From Thelocarpon superellum (Eukaryota): a stretch of DNA of 64,000 nt. Positions 25,898-39,424 of this stretch are shown here, piece after piece. Both the position numbers and the translations under genes were made by a program. Position 1 is the stretch's first letter; each line of letters begins with the position of its first letter. The DNA lies in NCBI GenBank assembly GCA_026025795.1, contig JAPEUG010000050.1:1-64000 (forward strand), in the 5' to 3' direction. The notes under the pieces are model-generated. The model searched no databases. It saw only the letters and a program-made list of their open reading frames with translations, and was not told the origin of the DNA.

Positions 25898-27834
25898 CTA
25901 ACACAACACCTTGTACCAGCGCTTCCAGAAGGGCCACGTTGCACGCTCCGCTCGCTCTTCGGCCAACAGCTCCGCTAGGTTCAGCTCGCGCTGGCCAGTG
26001 ACGAGGTCCATATTGGCGGCCCGGATGAAAGGCGTCCTGAAGTAGATCTTGTACGGAATGTAGAAGAGGATGACGATGGGCGCCGCCAGGTAGGCCTGGA
26101 AGAAGTTGATGACCAGTTCCGAGGTCGTCATGCTTGCATAACCCTCGGGTGCGAAGCCGACCCAGAACTGGGTGACGAGAACAAGCACGTTGAAGACGAA
26201 GCCGAACCACGAGCCGATCACGCCCGCCTGCGACCGGAAGGCCAGTTCGTCGAGCGAGTGCCCTTGCAGACTCCAGCCGCGTCGAAAGCGAATGTGCGCC
26301 AGGCAGATGGAGCCCCAGGTGAAGATGGACGACAGGCCCGACAGCGCCAACATCCAATTGAAGGCGTTGCCCTGCTGCGGCGACGCCGCAATGAAGGCGA
26401 GGAAGCCTAGCGCCGAGGCGATGGCGATGCTGACAATCGGGCGGCCCTTGCGATCGATGTAGGCCAGAATCTGCGGTGCCTGGCCTTGCTCTGCCAGCGC
26501 CGCCAGCGTACGCGAGGAGCCGTAGATGGACGAGTTCCCGACGGAGAGCACCGCAATCATGATGACCACGTTCATGACCGAATCGAGCCCATGGATACCC
26601 GCATCGACGATGGCAATGACGAACGGAGAAGCCTTGGCATCCGCGCTCGAGGAGCCACTGAGGAGTCGGCTATCGTCGCTCGGCACCAACAAGCCGACGA
26701 TCGTGAGCGAGACGATATAGAACTACCCCGCCGTGAGCCTCACGCTGCGCGCATCGTTGGGCGGCGCACTCCACTTACCAGCGCGATACGCCAGAAAACC
26801 TGCTTGCACGCCGTCGGCAGAGACTTGCGCGGGTTGGCCGTCTCGGCCGCCGCCAGTCCCACCAGCTCCGTGCCGGCAAAGGCAAAGGCCGCGGTGACGA
26901 AGACACTACACAGGCCTTTGAAGCCATCCACAAACGCGCCGGGTGAGTACCAGTATCGCGCCCCGATATATCCTTCGCCGCCGGGCGCTCCGCCGGCCGC
27001 GATGACGATTCCGAGGATGCTGGTCGCCAGGTCAATCTCCGCGTGCGCCGGGGTGTGGCACGATCTGCAACTTACATGAAGCCGATCACGGCGACGACCT
27101 TGATGATGGCGAAGACGAACTCGGCTTCACCGTATCCGCGCACACCGAAGAGGTTGATGCTCAGAATCAAGACCAGGTAGATGGAGACCCAGGCCGCATT
27201 GGAGATATCTCCTTTGGTCCAATAGTCCACGGTCAGGGAGGCGGCGACAATCTCGAGCGGCAGCACGACAAGCCATTGCATGGCATAGTTCCAGCCCATG
27301 GCGAACCCCCACGCCGGATCCAAGAATCGAGTGGAGTAGGCGGAGAAGGAACCGGCGACGGGAAAGAGGACCGCCATTTCGCCCAAAGCCTGGACGGTGC
27401 AGTACAGCATCATTCCGATGAGAATGAAGGCGATGACGAGGGAGGCAGGACCACCGGCGGCCAGAGCCTTGCCGGAACCCACGAACAGACCGGTACCTGT
27501 GAGCAGGCTCGTCAGAAACCTGGCGTTACCCTAGCACCACGGGATACTCACCGATGGACCCGCCGATGGCGATCATCTGCAGATGACGGCCCTTGAGCTT
27601 CCGCGACAGCGGCGACTCGGCCGTTCGCAACGCCGCGCCTTCAACGTCAAAGACCTTGCCATTGGCACCGATGGCGCCACGCGGCGTGGCCGTGTAGCTG
27701 GGATCGCGACGGAAGCTGTCAATCACGCGCGTAGTCCAGGGCGCCTTGGTCTCGGTCGTCTCGCCGTAGACGGGCGGTTCGGCGCCATTGCTGACGACCT
27801 CGCCACGAACCTCCTTCTCGTTATCAGACGACAT
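25898..27834 (-). CDS. General amino acid permease (YAT/APC family, GAP1-like)
   Basis: [63 protein letters not shown], C-terminal RWYKVLC. Introns near 27497-27551, 27023-27074 and 26724-26778. Confidence 0.94.
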
Positions 27835-29537
27835 GCTCGAGGAGACGGGGGAGGAGAGAGGCGGCAGCCGCGGTGAGGAGGGTGTTGCTCGGCACGCCCA
27901 ACGAGGAGTGGCGTTGTGGAAGAGCGGTAGTGGTGATGGAGGAAGGTGCACGAGCACGCGGACAGGTACGTGCGACAGTATATGTGTCTGCAGCGGACGG
28001 CGGTGCGGCGAGGAGTTAAGCTGTGTGCCCTTCGGTTGTCGGGGGCGAGCGGAGGGATACAGCTGAATGGCCAGGCGGCGGCGGTCCAATTTGAATCAAG
28101 CAAGTCGTGGCGCACCCGACGGCCACTGGCGTGGGCGGAGGGGGAAGAAGTAGGAAGGAGCACTAAGACTGGACCCGAAGCCCGCTGGGATGGAAGGGGC
28201 CACCCACCCCTACCGGTCCGCGATTCTCCCCCATCTCGGCCGGCGGCGGAGGCCGGGCGGTGGACACTGGTGCCGTGGGGCTTGGGAGGCGCCAGGCCGG
28301 AGCCCTATCTCGTCGGCGGTGTTCGGTATCTTCGATGGCGGACCTTGAGCCTCGCGCGGCGACACCACTGACGCATGACGACCGGGATTCCCGAGAGGGA
28401 ACTGTGGAGTTGGGAGGCTCGCCGCCGCTAGAGCGACTACAGCTGCAAGCATCCGTCCGGAGGTGCCGCACTAGCCAGCAGCTCCGTCGACCGCGCCGAC
28501 CAGAACGCGCTAATGGACCCCCATGCTGTAAGGATCGTAGCACCACCAAAGCACCACGAACTCACCCGCAGTCCTCCCACGATACCTACGGTGTGAGTGC
28601 TTGTACTCGTATGGCGGGGACACCATCGCTATCCCATGATACGGGGCCTGCTGCGCCGTGACGGGCGACCGGCAGGACTGATTCCCTCACTTCCTCCACT
28701 TACCGATCCCCGCTTGGCTCGGAAGGAGTCGGGTCAGCGGAGCTGTCCAACCGAGGACGACGGAGGGCCCGTTGAACGGTCGCCTCCTCGTCATCATAGA
28801 TATCTTTCGACGGATATGCGATCAAGCGAGAGGTGCGGCGTTGGTGCTGAAGGGTCGCCGTCGTCCCCGTTTCTTTGATACTCGAGGTCCAGCAGCTGGC
28901 CTTATCGCTCGACCCGCCGCGAACAACAAGGCCCAGCGGCCGAGTAGCGTGACGGGGTCCGATCCAACCTCATGTGATGGCGAAAGAGGGCCAACTAGCG
29001 GGTGACGACGAGCGTTGCATGGACCGAGACCCTGCCGGACGTGCATGACCTGCACTGGCTTCGACGGGGACGGTGGCGGGGGCGGGGGCGGCGGTGGTGC
29101 TGGATTGTTTGTTGGCTCTGACCCGAGTAGTAGTAAGAAGGGAGCCATGACCATGGGAAGCCCGGGCGATAGTACAGGCTGGCGGTTAGACAGGTAGCAG
29201 GGCTCCGCCGTCCTGGAAGCTTCTTCCTTCTTGTGATCGATCCGGCGTGATCCAGCCTGAAGCAGTCTGATCTGCATCGCTACCTGGGGCGGTCCCGTTG
29301 GCGCATCGTGCTCGCACCTTCCCCGTCTGGCTTGGCGTTCTCGCGCAACATGGCAGCTTCCCCCGATTGGCATACGGCTCCACTGCAAGCGAGGAGCCTC
29401 TGCGTCTCGCTGTTTACCCTCCAGTCTCTGCACCCCGAGTCACGGTCGCGACCTCAAGGCGATGAGGTGAGATGGGAGACTCCAACGACTTGCCGAGCGG
29501 CTTACTCTCCGCCTCGACTGGCTCGTCTCGTGCATCG

Positions 29538-29575
29538 CCCCAGGCTCCCCCGGCTCCCCAGGCTCCCCAGGCTCC
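29538..29575 (+). repeat. 9-bp tandem repeat (CCCCAGGCT)x4
   Basis: Read directly from sequence; G-tract-rich on the minus strand. Confidence 0.85.
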
Positions 29576-32500
29576 GTGGCGCGTCGGTTTCTGTGCCGGC
29601 TGAGGTCGCCCCTGGCACAGCCGACACGTCACTTGCAGGTGGAGGTGAGACGGCGTTCCGCCGTAACTTGACTACTTAGAGATTGCACTATTGGTGGCGC
29701 GGCGTACTCGTACCAGAAACATACCCTTGCGGCCTCGGCTGCAAGCAATATTGGTGGAGGAAGAAAGAGCGAGAGCGAGGACGAGCGCCAAGCCGGAAGC
29801 GGATGTGAGGGTGACAGCGAGCGCGGCCACGGCGACGAGCACCGCGTAACATAATCCCGGGCGATAAGATGCGGCACGCCGAAGACTTCTCCATCTTGAC
29901 GATCCAATGAGATTGCAGTTAAGTACAAGCTTGTCGTCCATCACGATACCTTCTACCCACAATTTACGTACGAGCCGCCCTGCACGAACACTAACGTCCA
30001 TGTACGCGGTCGTGATTCGTCCGTTGCAGCTCTCTTGGCGGCGTTGATCGACTTCCCCACAAGTCCTGCCCTTTCGAGCAGGTGGTCGTGCGAGGTGCTT
30101 TTGCCCTTGGTGACACTTCCACGCGCCCGCCCACGCCCAATGGATTTGGCATGTCACCGAGACCATGGATCCCATCCGAATACGAGTGCCGGTCGTGCCG
30201 GAAGACTACCGATCCATCGGCAATTGACGATCGACTGGATCGACAGACTACTGCAGCGCAATCAGTGGGTAAGAGTCGAGTGAGGGTGCATCGCGTTGCG
30301 GTGCGCTGCGTGCTCGCATTATTATCCGGCCCCGGTCGCATCGAATCGGTCGGGCGGGGACTCGGCATCCTCGGCACACACAAGGACAATCTCTCCGGAC
30401 GATCCTGGCTTGGCTTACGTGCACTCCATCACCACCCCCCCTTCCCTCGGCCTTAGCCTTATCTCTGCGCAGCGTTCTGAGCGGGCTCTTGGATGGTGGC
30501 GGTTCAGAATGCTCGCTCGCTCGCCACGGCCGATTCGACAACGAACCAGCCGGGGCGCGCAAGGCCTAAGTCCTGGCCCCACCATGTCCACCACCCATGC
30601 CCTTGGTGCAAGAGGCTGCAGGTAAGCATGCCCCAACCCAGCAAAGACTTCCCCACCCTTCCCCCCACCCGCCAACGCCAGCGACGTCACAACGGACCGT
30701 TGAAACCCCGGGTTGGTTGTGGCTATTTGTCCTCGCACTTCTTGTCCCGAGACTCCCCTTCCTTGCGCTGTCCATCATATCCGCCACGGTGATGCTTGTT
30801 CGTCCACGATGACAGGGTTTATATCATAGTCTTCGACCGTAGACCGTTCCGCATATCCCGAACCAGGCATGATCTGACTTCACCCCCACAACGTGGCCGC
30901 ACATACCGCACCAGCGCACCAACAGGAATGAAGCCAACCGCGAGCGGTAGGAGGCTCCGATGGAACCCCTCCGCTATTCCTGTAGGGTCCTAGAAGCCTA
31001 GGTCCCTCTCTCCCGCAGTCATTACTCCTTGTCCCTCTAGGGCATTGTTCTAGAAGAGCTCCGCGGATGCATTCTCTTCACCTTAGCGGGTGGATCTGTC
31101 GCCACAGCAGATGCATGGCTCTCTCGGCGTCGTATTCCTTATCTCTCTTTCCCTCATTCATGGCATGCAACACACTCTGCATGCGAGGGTCGAGCCACTC
31201 GTACCATACATATTCAAAATGCACTAGACGTAGCGTCTCCAGGTGATGGATGGATATCTATCTGTCAGATAGGGTGGACGACGAGCCGAACAGGGTCTCT
31301 TCTCTACCAATTAGCACGGCCCGACGTAGCCGCGAGGGTCTGTTCCTCGAGGAGGAGCAGAAAGAGGGGGAGGTCGTGGTCGTGGGCGAGATAAGTCCCC
31401 CATCAAGAGAAGACCCGCTGCATGGTTCGTCACTCCACTGCAATTGCGATGGGAGAAGGTGCCCAAGTGTAACTACCGCGGTACGAAATACGAGTGATCG
31501 GACAGCGCGCACCAAGTTTAGCTCCCATGCAACGGGACTGTCACGGCAATGCGTCAGCCATGACTGATGGCTGCAGGATCCCATCACACGGACATCGCAC
31601 CACGTATCTCTCGCGGCTATTGTTACCACATCTACGAGTCCCCGCTTGTGAAGAGTATCACCTTCGAAGTCACCTCGATTCCTATTCGATACCGTACCAT
31701 ACGACTATGGAGTAGTCAGATGCAGCGACTACGACTAGCTGTACGACCGTCGAGGTTGAACCCCGAAGGACGCATGGCGGTGAAGATGGCTGCGTGGAAA
31801 GAGGTGGGTCCGAAAAGTCCGGGTCTGATCGATCGGGAGAGGCACTCGACTACTAGCTCGATCAAATACCGCGTGATGGCTCTAGCTATAAGACAAAGGA
31901 CCCTTTTGTTCATGAATGCTGGGCATCGTGACACAGATTTGCGGTGCTGCGAGCGTGCGGCGTGGAGGGGGGTAATCGTTGATGGACAACGCGACGCGGC
32001 GACGTCACGCGACAGGCAATGAGGACTGACCTCCCACTGTAGATCGTGAGAGCATCTGCGTCCTGCATGCGTCTCCGTGGCGTACAGATGACCTCCAACT
32101 TCTCCGTTCAACCCTCCACATCCCGCATATCCAATCTGCAACCCCGCCGCTGCCTCATGGTACTACTACGGGCTTCCTACTCGTCCAGTCGTTTGTGCGA
32201 CCAAAGACGCTTTTGAGTGAATCTGACGCATCTTACGTGCCTATCCTTCTCGGCCCCGGTATGCTGCTGTGGTGACACCGTGTCGCATGTAGGTCATACA
32301 AAGGTCCTACGATGAGAACCGAATACTCGGGGAAAACGCCTCGCGGGTCGTCAGACGCGCTATGGTAACTGTCACCGACGCTGAAGTGAAATAAGACCAG
32401 AACGGGGCTGGGATGACGACGATAGAGAGAAGGAGAAGGAGAAACAGGAGGATGAAGATGATGTCGTTAGATGAAAATAGCGGATGCAGGCTGCAGCCAA

Positions 32501-32586
32501 GGCTGATATAACGATGCAGCTACGCAAAGGATGATCGCAGAAGGACGCGTAGAAGAACGCGTAGATGCAGGAAGAGACGTCAGGGA

Positions 32587-35288
32587 TCAGGACGGCGCAA
32601 GCCTGGAAAAAGGAGAGTGGGTGGGGGTGAGAGTTGGGGGTTGTGGTGGCGGCACGGCTGGCTGTGGTGGCGGTGGCATTTGATCCTCAAGCGCCTCCAC
32701 CACCTCACCAGGACCCACGACGGGCGAGAAGGCGTCGACCTCCTCCACCCCGTCCTCGTCCTCTTCTTCGATGATCTCGCCACTGCGCCGGCCCGCTACC
32801 GAGGCCGTGCGGCTGTGACTGGAATCCCGGCGGGCCGAGGTGCTGCTGGAACCAGGCGTGACCATGAGCATGGGCCCCTTGAAGGGCGTCTTCTTCCGCT
32901 TGGCAAAGACGAGACCCGGATTCTGGAAGCCAAAGTTGGCCGTCTCATTGTAGTTGGGGCTCGAGCGCACGAGCCGGATGTTAGAGGGGAAGGAAGTCGC
33001 GGTCGGCGTGGCGGGGAGCACCTTGACTGACGTCCGTGGCGACCGGGGCGTCTTGGCGGCCGAGGAGGTGATGGAAGCCGAGGAGGTGGACGACGCCTTG
33101 GAGTGCGAGTGAACGTGGTGGATCGATCGGATGGATGACACCGAGGACGAGGTCGACTTTCGGCCCCGCAGTCCAACCGACGTCCGTCGATAGGACGAAT
33201 GCGGCGTCAACGGCGCGGGCGACAACGAGGTGCGTTTGCTTGGTGTGCCCGTGACCTGCGGTGACGGCACGTGGGCGCGCGCTCTCGGACCAGTGACCGC
33301 GCTGCGTTGCGCGATCCGCGGCGGCGTCGGCTGTTTCGTCTCCGCCGGCGGGGTGGTGGAGGGGAGCGGCGGTCGGGTCACGTCGACGGTCGAGGCGCTG
33401 GCCTTGGCCCCGGGCGACTTGGCTCGTTTGGCGGAATCCATCAGCCAGTGCTTGATCTGCGCGAGCTGGTTGATGATGGGATGTTGGTGCCGCCGGGGGT
33501 GCCGTCGCTTCGTCAGGCCGGGGGAAGATAGGAGCTCCGCGTTAGACGCCACCAGGTGCAGCGTGCTGTTCCGTGACTTGCGGCGCACCGGCTCCTTCGG
33601 CGGCAGCGGCGGCCGGTGTCGCGACGAGCTCAGGGATCGGATGGAGTCCTTGTCTAGCGGGGCGGGCGGCGTCGACGCCTCCAAGCCCAACGACTCCTTC
33701 AGCCCCTCCGTCTCCGAGAGGCGGGGTAGCTCGGGCAAGACGAGATGAGTATTGTGGTGACTTTGCCGCTCGGCCCGTCCACGGCTCCGAGGCACCTCGA
33801 CGGCCAGCGTGCGGTCGTCTTCCTCGTTGACGCCACGTAATAGTGAGCCCATCTTCTCCAGCCGACTGCTGGCGGCACTGAGACGGCGCAGATTGCGCAC
33901 ATCCGCCTCCTTCTCCTTGCGCTTTTGCTCGCGGCGCTTCTCTTTCTTCTCCTCCTTCTCGATCAGCAGCGCCCACCATCCAGCCAGGGAATCACATCGC
34001 TGAGCGAGCACGTGCTCCACCACCTTGTCGACGTTGACGCCCGCACTCCGCATCCGTTCTAGCGTGTCCTTTTCGAGCTTGGTCGTGAAAGGGGACGGAC
34101 GTTGGATCTGAAGGATGGCCCGCTGCTGCGGCGCATGCTCAGCCAGGAAGGGATGGGCCAGGACCTCGGCGAGCGAGGGCCGTAAGAGCGGCCGCTTGGA
34201 GAGCAGCACCTGCATCAACGCAGTTGCCTCGGGCGGTAAGTGGTCGGTATAACGCGGCTCGCTCCCCAGAATCTTTGCCTTGGTGGCATTGTCGTCATCC
34301 TCATCAAAGGGAAGCTCCCCGGTCAACAGTGCGTACAAGATGACGCCGAGGCTCCACACGTCGACTTTCTCCCCTGCGTATTTCTCGCCTTTCAGCATCT
34401 CGGGTGCGCTGTAGCAGACGGTGCCACAGAAGGTCTGCAGATAGCTGGCCTTGCCCTCATACTCGCGGGTGAAGCCAAAGTCGCAGAGCTTGACGTTTTC
34501 GTTCTTGTCCAAGAGTATGTTCTCGAGCTTGAGATCGCGGTGAACGCATGACATGCTGTGCACGTACACCACGGCCCCGACCAATTGCGTAAAGATCTTC
34601 TGCACCTTATCGACGGGCAGGCGGCCATGGCGTAAGAGGTAGTTGTACAGCTCATCCCCTAGGGACATTTCCCGGGTCAACGGGGCCAGGGGCATGGGCC
34701 CAGGGGCATGGGCCCAGGGGCACGACGAGCATACCTGGGCAATACTCCAAAACGAGCCAGACGGAATTTTCGGTGACGATGACCTCATACAGCCGTGCGA
34801 TGTGCGGGTGGAGGAATTGTCGATGATGGTGGATCTCGCGCGCAAGATTGGCGTCGTCCTTGTTGGCGGATTTGAGCACCACCTAGGTCGACCGGCAATC
34901 AGCCCGATGACTTGCAAACACGAGGCGCGAGGCGGGTACCTTGGATCCGTTGGTGAGGTTGTGCGTGGCCAAGTAGACCTTGCCAAACGATCCTTTTCCG
35001 ATGAGCCTGCCCAGGCTGTAGTTCCCGACCGTCCATAATTCCTTCGACGAGAACTCTCTGTGAATTCATCAGACCGGTCAGCGAATCCGGCCGACTTAGA
35101 TGTATGGACACGAGCGCGTGCATGACTTACTCCAGCAACTCTTGGTAGGACCGGGCAAGCTACAGAGAGGCTCGTCAGCATCGGGTCTTGGAGGACGCGA
35201 GACCGGAGAGTCGGGCTTGGGTACACGGAAGGACGGGTACCTTCGACCGCTGACCCTGGACGTCGGCTTTGGATCTCACCGCCGTCAT
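32587..35288 (-). CDS. CAMK-like Ser/Thr protein kinase (ppk16-like)
   Basis: Spliced MTAVRSKADVQGQRSK-LARSYQELL...GNYSLGRLIGKGSFGKVYLA, VVLKS, HRDLKLENILL, DFGF, YSAPE, DVWSLG; long S/P/R-rich tail. Confidence 0.92.
34682..34723 (+). repeat. 14-bp tandem repeat (GGGCCCAGGGGCAT, about 3 copies) in intron 34659-34734 of the kinase gene
   Basis: Read directly from sequence. Confidence 0.85.
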
Positions 35289-36436
35289 AGGTTATGAGGG
35301 GTGGAGGGCGTCCGCATGGGCTAGCCGTCGCAAGCCAGGCGCAAGGGCGAAGCACGGTGGGGCGTTGGGGGCAAGTGCGGCGACGCACGAGATCATGACG
35401 GTGCCATGAAAGAGTCCGGGAGAGGCGGTGGCGTGGACGGTGATGCCGGCCCAGGATCGAGTGGATAGATTAGATGAGGGCGGTTACGGCCACGGCAACG
35501 ATGAAGGCGTAGATTAAGGATGGAGATGGAAGATGGTTCGATATACAAGTGGTGAGGCGGGCAGCCTACCGGTTTCTAGACGGTATTGGATACTCGCGCA
35601 CGGACAAGATCCCTCTCAATGCGCGCCATACCGGTGGTGTCGTCTCCCTGCGTTTGTCGTACCCGGTACTCATATGCTAGGGGGGTTTCGCGTGGGAGGG
35701 GACACTGGTACGAAGCACGTATTACTGGGGGCTTGCCGACATGCACAAGGCAGGGGAATCAGTGCCCGACGCCGGACCACTGAAATCTTCGGCGTGCTGC
35801 GTGCTGCGTGTTACGGGGACCCGCACCTGCAGCCGCACACCCAGACGCGTGAACGAACCGACAAACCGATGCCCACGACACGCCCACCACGCGCTCCCGG
35901 CCTGGCGGATACGAGAGGTACAGTTAGCGAGGCCTCTAGAGTGAAGATCCCTCCTCTTTCATCTCCTGACAGTTTGACGCTCTCCGGTACGCTCACGTGC
36001 CCCAGAAGCCCCTCCCATGGGATGCCCGTCCTCGCCCATCCCTATTTTCCTTGCATCCTACCCAGATCTGACAAGGTAGCCGCAAGTGATTGGAAAAGTC
36101 TGGTCTCGGGGATGGATATCAATCTACATCGAAAGCCCTACGAAAGGATCCGTAGGTACGAAAGATGCCTAGGCGGATCCAGCGGATTGGGTGCCTTTAA
36201 ATAAGCCAAATGCCATGCATCAGCACCGACGTCTTGACATGGACGCATTTCCTGGCTGTTTATCAAGCGTCATCACAACAGTCGCTGGAGACGCCGCGCC
36301 TGTATGAAGCTTCGGGGCGGCCTTGCAGGCCTTACGAGTAGCGTTGGGATCGGCGTAACAACGAGAGGTCATGATGCTTCCGATCGTCGCGCATCTACAC
36401 GGGCCGAAGATGGTAGAATGGTGTTATCCTGGCTCA

Positions 36437-38829
36437 TCATGTCAGTCTCAGGAGGGCCAGCAGGAACATGGGGAGAACAGATGGCATACCCCGGGAGGCA
36501 CTGTGGTGCCCCAACGTGGCGTACGCGCGCGAGACGTTGCTCCGTGGTGCTGGTCCCGGCCGGCGCGAGGTCGAGGAGGAGCCGTAAGAGGAGGACGGTG
36601 AGGCCGCGGTGCTGGTGGCTGGACGCCCGTGCGGCCGCGCCCGGTGGCGCGCGCCAACGGAAGGGCGGGGAGGGGCGGGAAGAGAGGCTGGCCCCGACGT
36701 GGCCGGCGTCCGGTCACGGGCCAAGGTCCGGAGGTGATCGAGACTCGCGGTGGGAAAGCGTTCGTTCATGTCGCGCATCCACGTTTGATGCTCGGCGAAC
36801 ATCATGCTGATACGGGGGTCATAGTCTTGCTGCCGTTCTCGTCGCGGCCGCCGTCGTCCGGGGCCGCGAATCGAGGCATCCGAAGTCGAACCTGCCTCAA
36901 GATCGATGGCGTCGTGGACCGAGTTTCCGCCCCGCTTTTCGCCGCGGGCGGGTGCATGAGCGCCGTCCATCTCGACATCCCCGTCATGCTCTGGAGAAAC
37001 TGATGCGTCGTCGGCATCAGCGGCTTCGCCTACCGCCGTCAAGCCCGTCCAACGGTCCCTTCGCCTCGAGGGCGCGTGGTGGGACTGCCCACGGGCGGCG
37101 GGGTAGCCACCGCGGCGGGCCCATCCACGGCCCGATGACCGCGGATTCGGCCGGTCCCTCGTCGGCGTCAGCGATCCACGAGAGCGCCCCCGCTCATCCA
37201 CGGCGTCGGTCGTATCGCTCTCACCATCAGCCTCCACTACCTCTTGTGGGAGTGGCGACCATCCATATTCTCGCAGCACTTGCACCTCATCCGCCGGGGG
37301 CAGGCCGGCTGACGCGGACGAGAGGAGCTGGCCCTCGCCTCGCGGACGGCGTCGCCGGGTCGATGGTGAGGTTTGAGAGGCCGTCCGTCGGGGCCGCCCG
37401 CTGGACACGTCACCGCCCTCGTCGTACTCGTCGTCGATGTCGGCGGCGGCGTCGTCCCCGTCGGACGAAGACGACGGGCTTGACGAGCGCGAGGGAAGGT
37501 GTCGGGAGACCGAGCCAGCGCGGGCTCGGGTGTGGCGTCGGTAGTTCTCCTTGTCACTCTCCGAGTCATTGATGAAGTCGATCATGGATTCTGTCTCTTC
37601 CTCGTCGCTCTCACTCTCGCCGTCGTCCTCGTTCTCGCTGTCGTCGTCCATCGTATCAAGACCAGTCACGCCCAGCGTATTTCCGCCGGCGCGGGCCGGT
37701 CGCCGTCGGTGGCTGAGGCTGACGAGGTCGTCATGAAAGGCCCCAGTCCCAAAGTCGCCGTCGTCCATGGAATCGTCATCGTCTATGGCTTCGAGGTCGA
37801 GCGTGCTGGCCGCGTGCATGCGCCGCACCTCTGCACCAAACGCCTCGAGCCGATGTGAATGCTCGTCGAGATCGTTCTCGATTTCGATGCTGTCGATATC
37901 GTCACTATCATCGGCCATGTCGCTAAAGTCGCCGTCTCCGTCGGGCCCCCGGAAGAGTAGGCGGCCTTCCTCATCAAAGGTCATCTCGCACTGGTGACAG
38001 TATCCATCGCTCAGCTCCCAGGTGCACTCCGGGCACCGATCCACCCCATCCTCGTCATCACGAAGGGCCCGGAATGGACCGCGGGCGGGAAAGCAGCCCC
38101 GGAAAAGGCCACTGGTGCGGGAGGTCTTGTCGCGCTCCACACAGTCCGCCTCTTCCCTCCGCCAGCGTTGGTGCTCCTCTGCCGTCTCGCCCGGCGCCAT
38201 GAGCTCGGCGCGATTGATGATGATTTCAACCATGTCCCTCACCTAGCGAACACATCAGCATCGCGCGGCGGGATGCCACGACGGCAAACATTGTTGGTCG
38301 ACATACTAGGTAAGCCGGTGCGGGCTGAGCGTCAATGGCCGTGCGGCAGCCGGGACATGTCTTGTTCGCCTTATTGGCTTGAAACCACTGACACAAGCAC
38401 TGACCGCATCGTCAGCTAGAGTAGTGCCAGGAAGGACAGACCATGTACCGTGTAGCAGAAGGTGTGACCGCAGTGGAGGGTATATGGTTCGTAGAGCAGC
38501 TTGACGCAGATGCTGCACGTCACTTTGGATCGAAGGTTCTCCAAGTCGGCACGGAAGGCGCCAAGCATCTATCCAATGGTCCCGTCAGATGAGACCTGTG
38601 ACGCCCTTGTATTTGAGTGGAATCGCACCATCTGTCTTCCCTCAAGGTCTCCCGAGCTTGATCCCGAGGCGGTGGTAGAGACGGCACTGGCTGGGTTGAT
38701 ACGCGGCTGGGAGGGTACCTTGCCACCTTCACCCGCGTGCGGGCCGTGGCTCTTGCCTGCGGTCAGTGCCTTGACCAGTGACGAGGGCCCCGGGCTCGCA
38801 GCAGAGGGGCGGGGCTTCGCAGATGACAT
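36437..38829 (-). CDS. RING-finger E3 ubiquitin ligase, Psh1-like
   Basis: C3HC4 RING after splicing ([29 protein letters not shown]...KTCPGCR), second Zn motif [21 protein letters not shown], long acidic tail. First intron 38569-38628; 3' end taken from the ORF and not independently verified. Confidence 0.82.
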
Positions 38830-39385
38830 GATGGGCAATCGATCGGACCATCCAGTCACTCAATTGCCAGCCGCAGTCTTGGTCCGGAGCAGTGGGCGGC
38901 GGTGGTCAGGCCCCGGGGGCAATGAGAAAAGCGTCTGATGACTATAAGGTCCTGTGCTGACACGAGCCTAGAAGCAGAGAGGAGGCGAGGGTGATGTGCG
39001 GGGCGGATCGTCGTGCCCGGCTGACGCAGCGTACAGCATGGATGAATCCCAGGATAGGCCGTGGCACCTCAGATGACGGGGTGTTGCGACATCTGCCGCA
39101 AATCAGCCATACCGTGCTTAATATTGAAGTGGTGACTCGCCCCTCGGCCTCAGGTTGGGCTTCCCAGGTTAGCACAAGGCCAACACATATGCCGAACAAG
39201 CTGAAGCCAGTAGTCAAGCCAGTGGTACGAAGTACCTTCGCTAACCCACGCGAGTCCCGGACGTCGAGCAGGCACAATCTACTAGATGTAGTAGAATGCA
39301 TCTACCCATCCGGTGCAGCCAATCGACGTTGAGGCCCATCGACCAGGCTAGCGAAACGGCCGACGTCTGCCATACTCGTAGTCCG

Positions 39386-39424
39386 CGGGCTCTGACGGGC
39401 TCTGACGGGCTCTGACGGGCTCTG
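39386..39424 (+). repeat. 10-bp tandem repeat (CGGGCTCTGA)x4
   Basis: Read directly from sequence; lies between the divergent Psh1-like and NatB genes. Confidence 0.92.

Noticed and set aside
35533..36204. 223-aa ORF between the ppk16-like and Psh1-like genes
   Set aside because: No motifs or coding-like composition; probably spurious.
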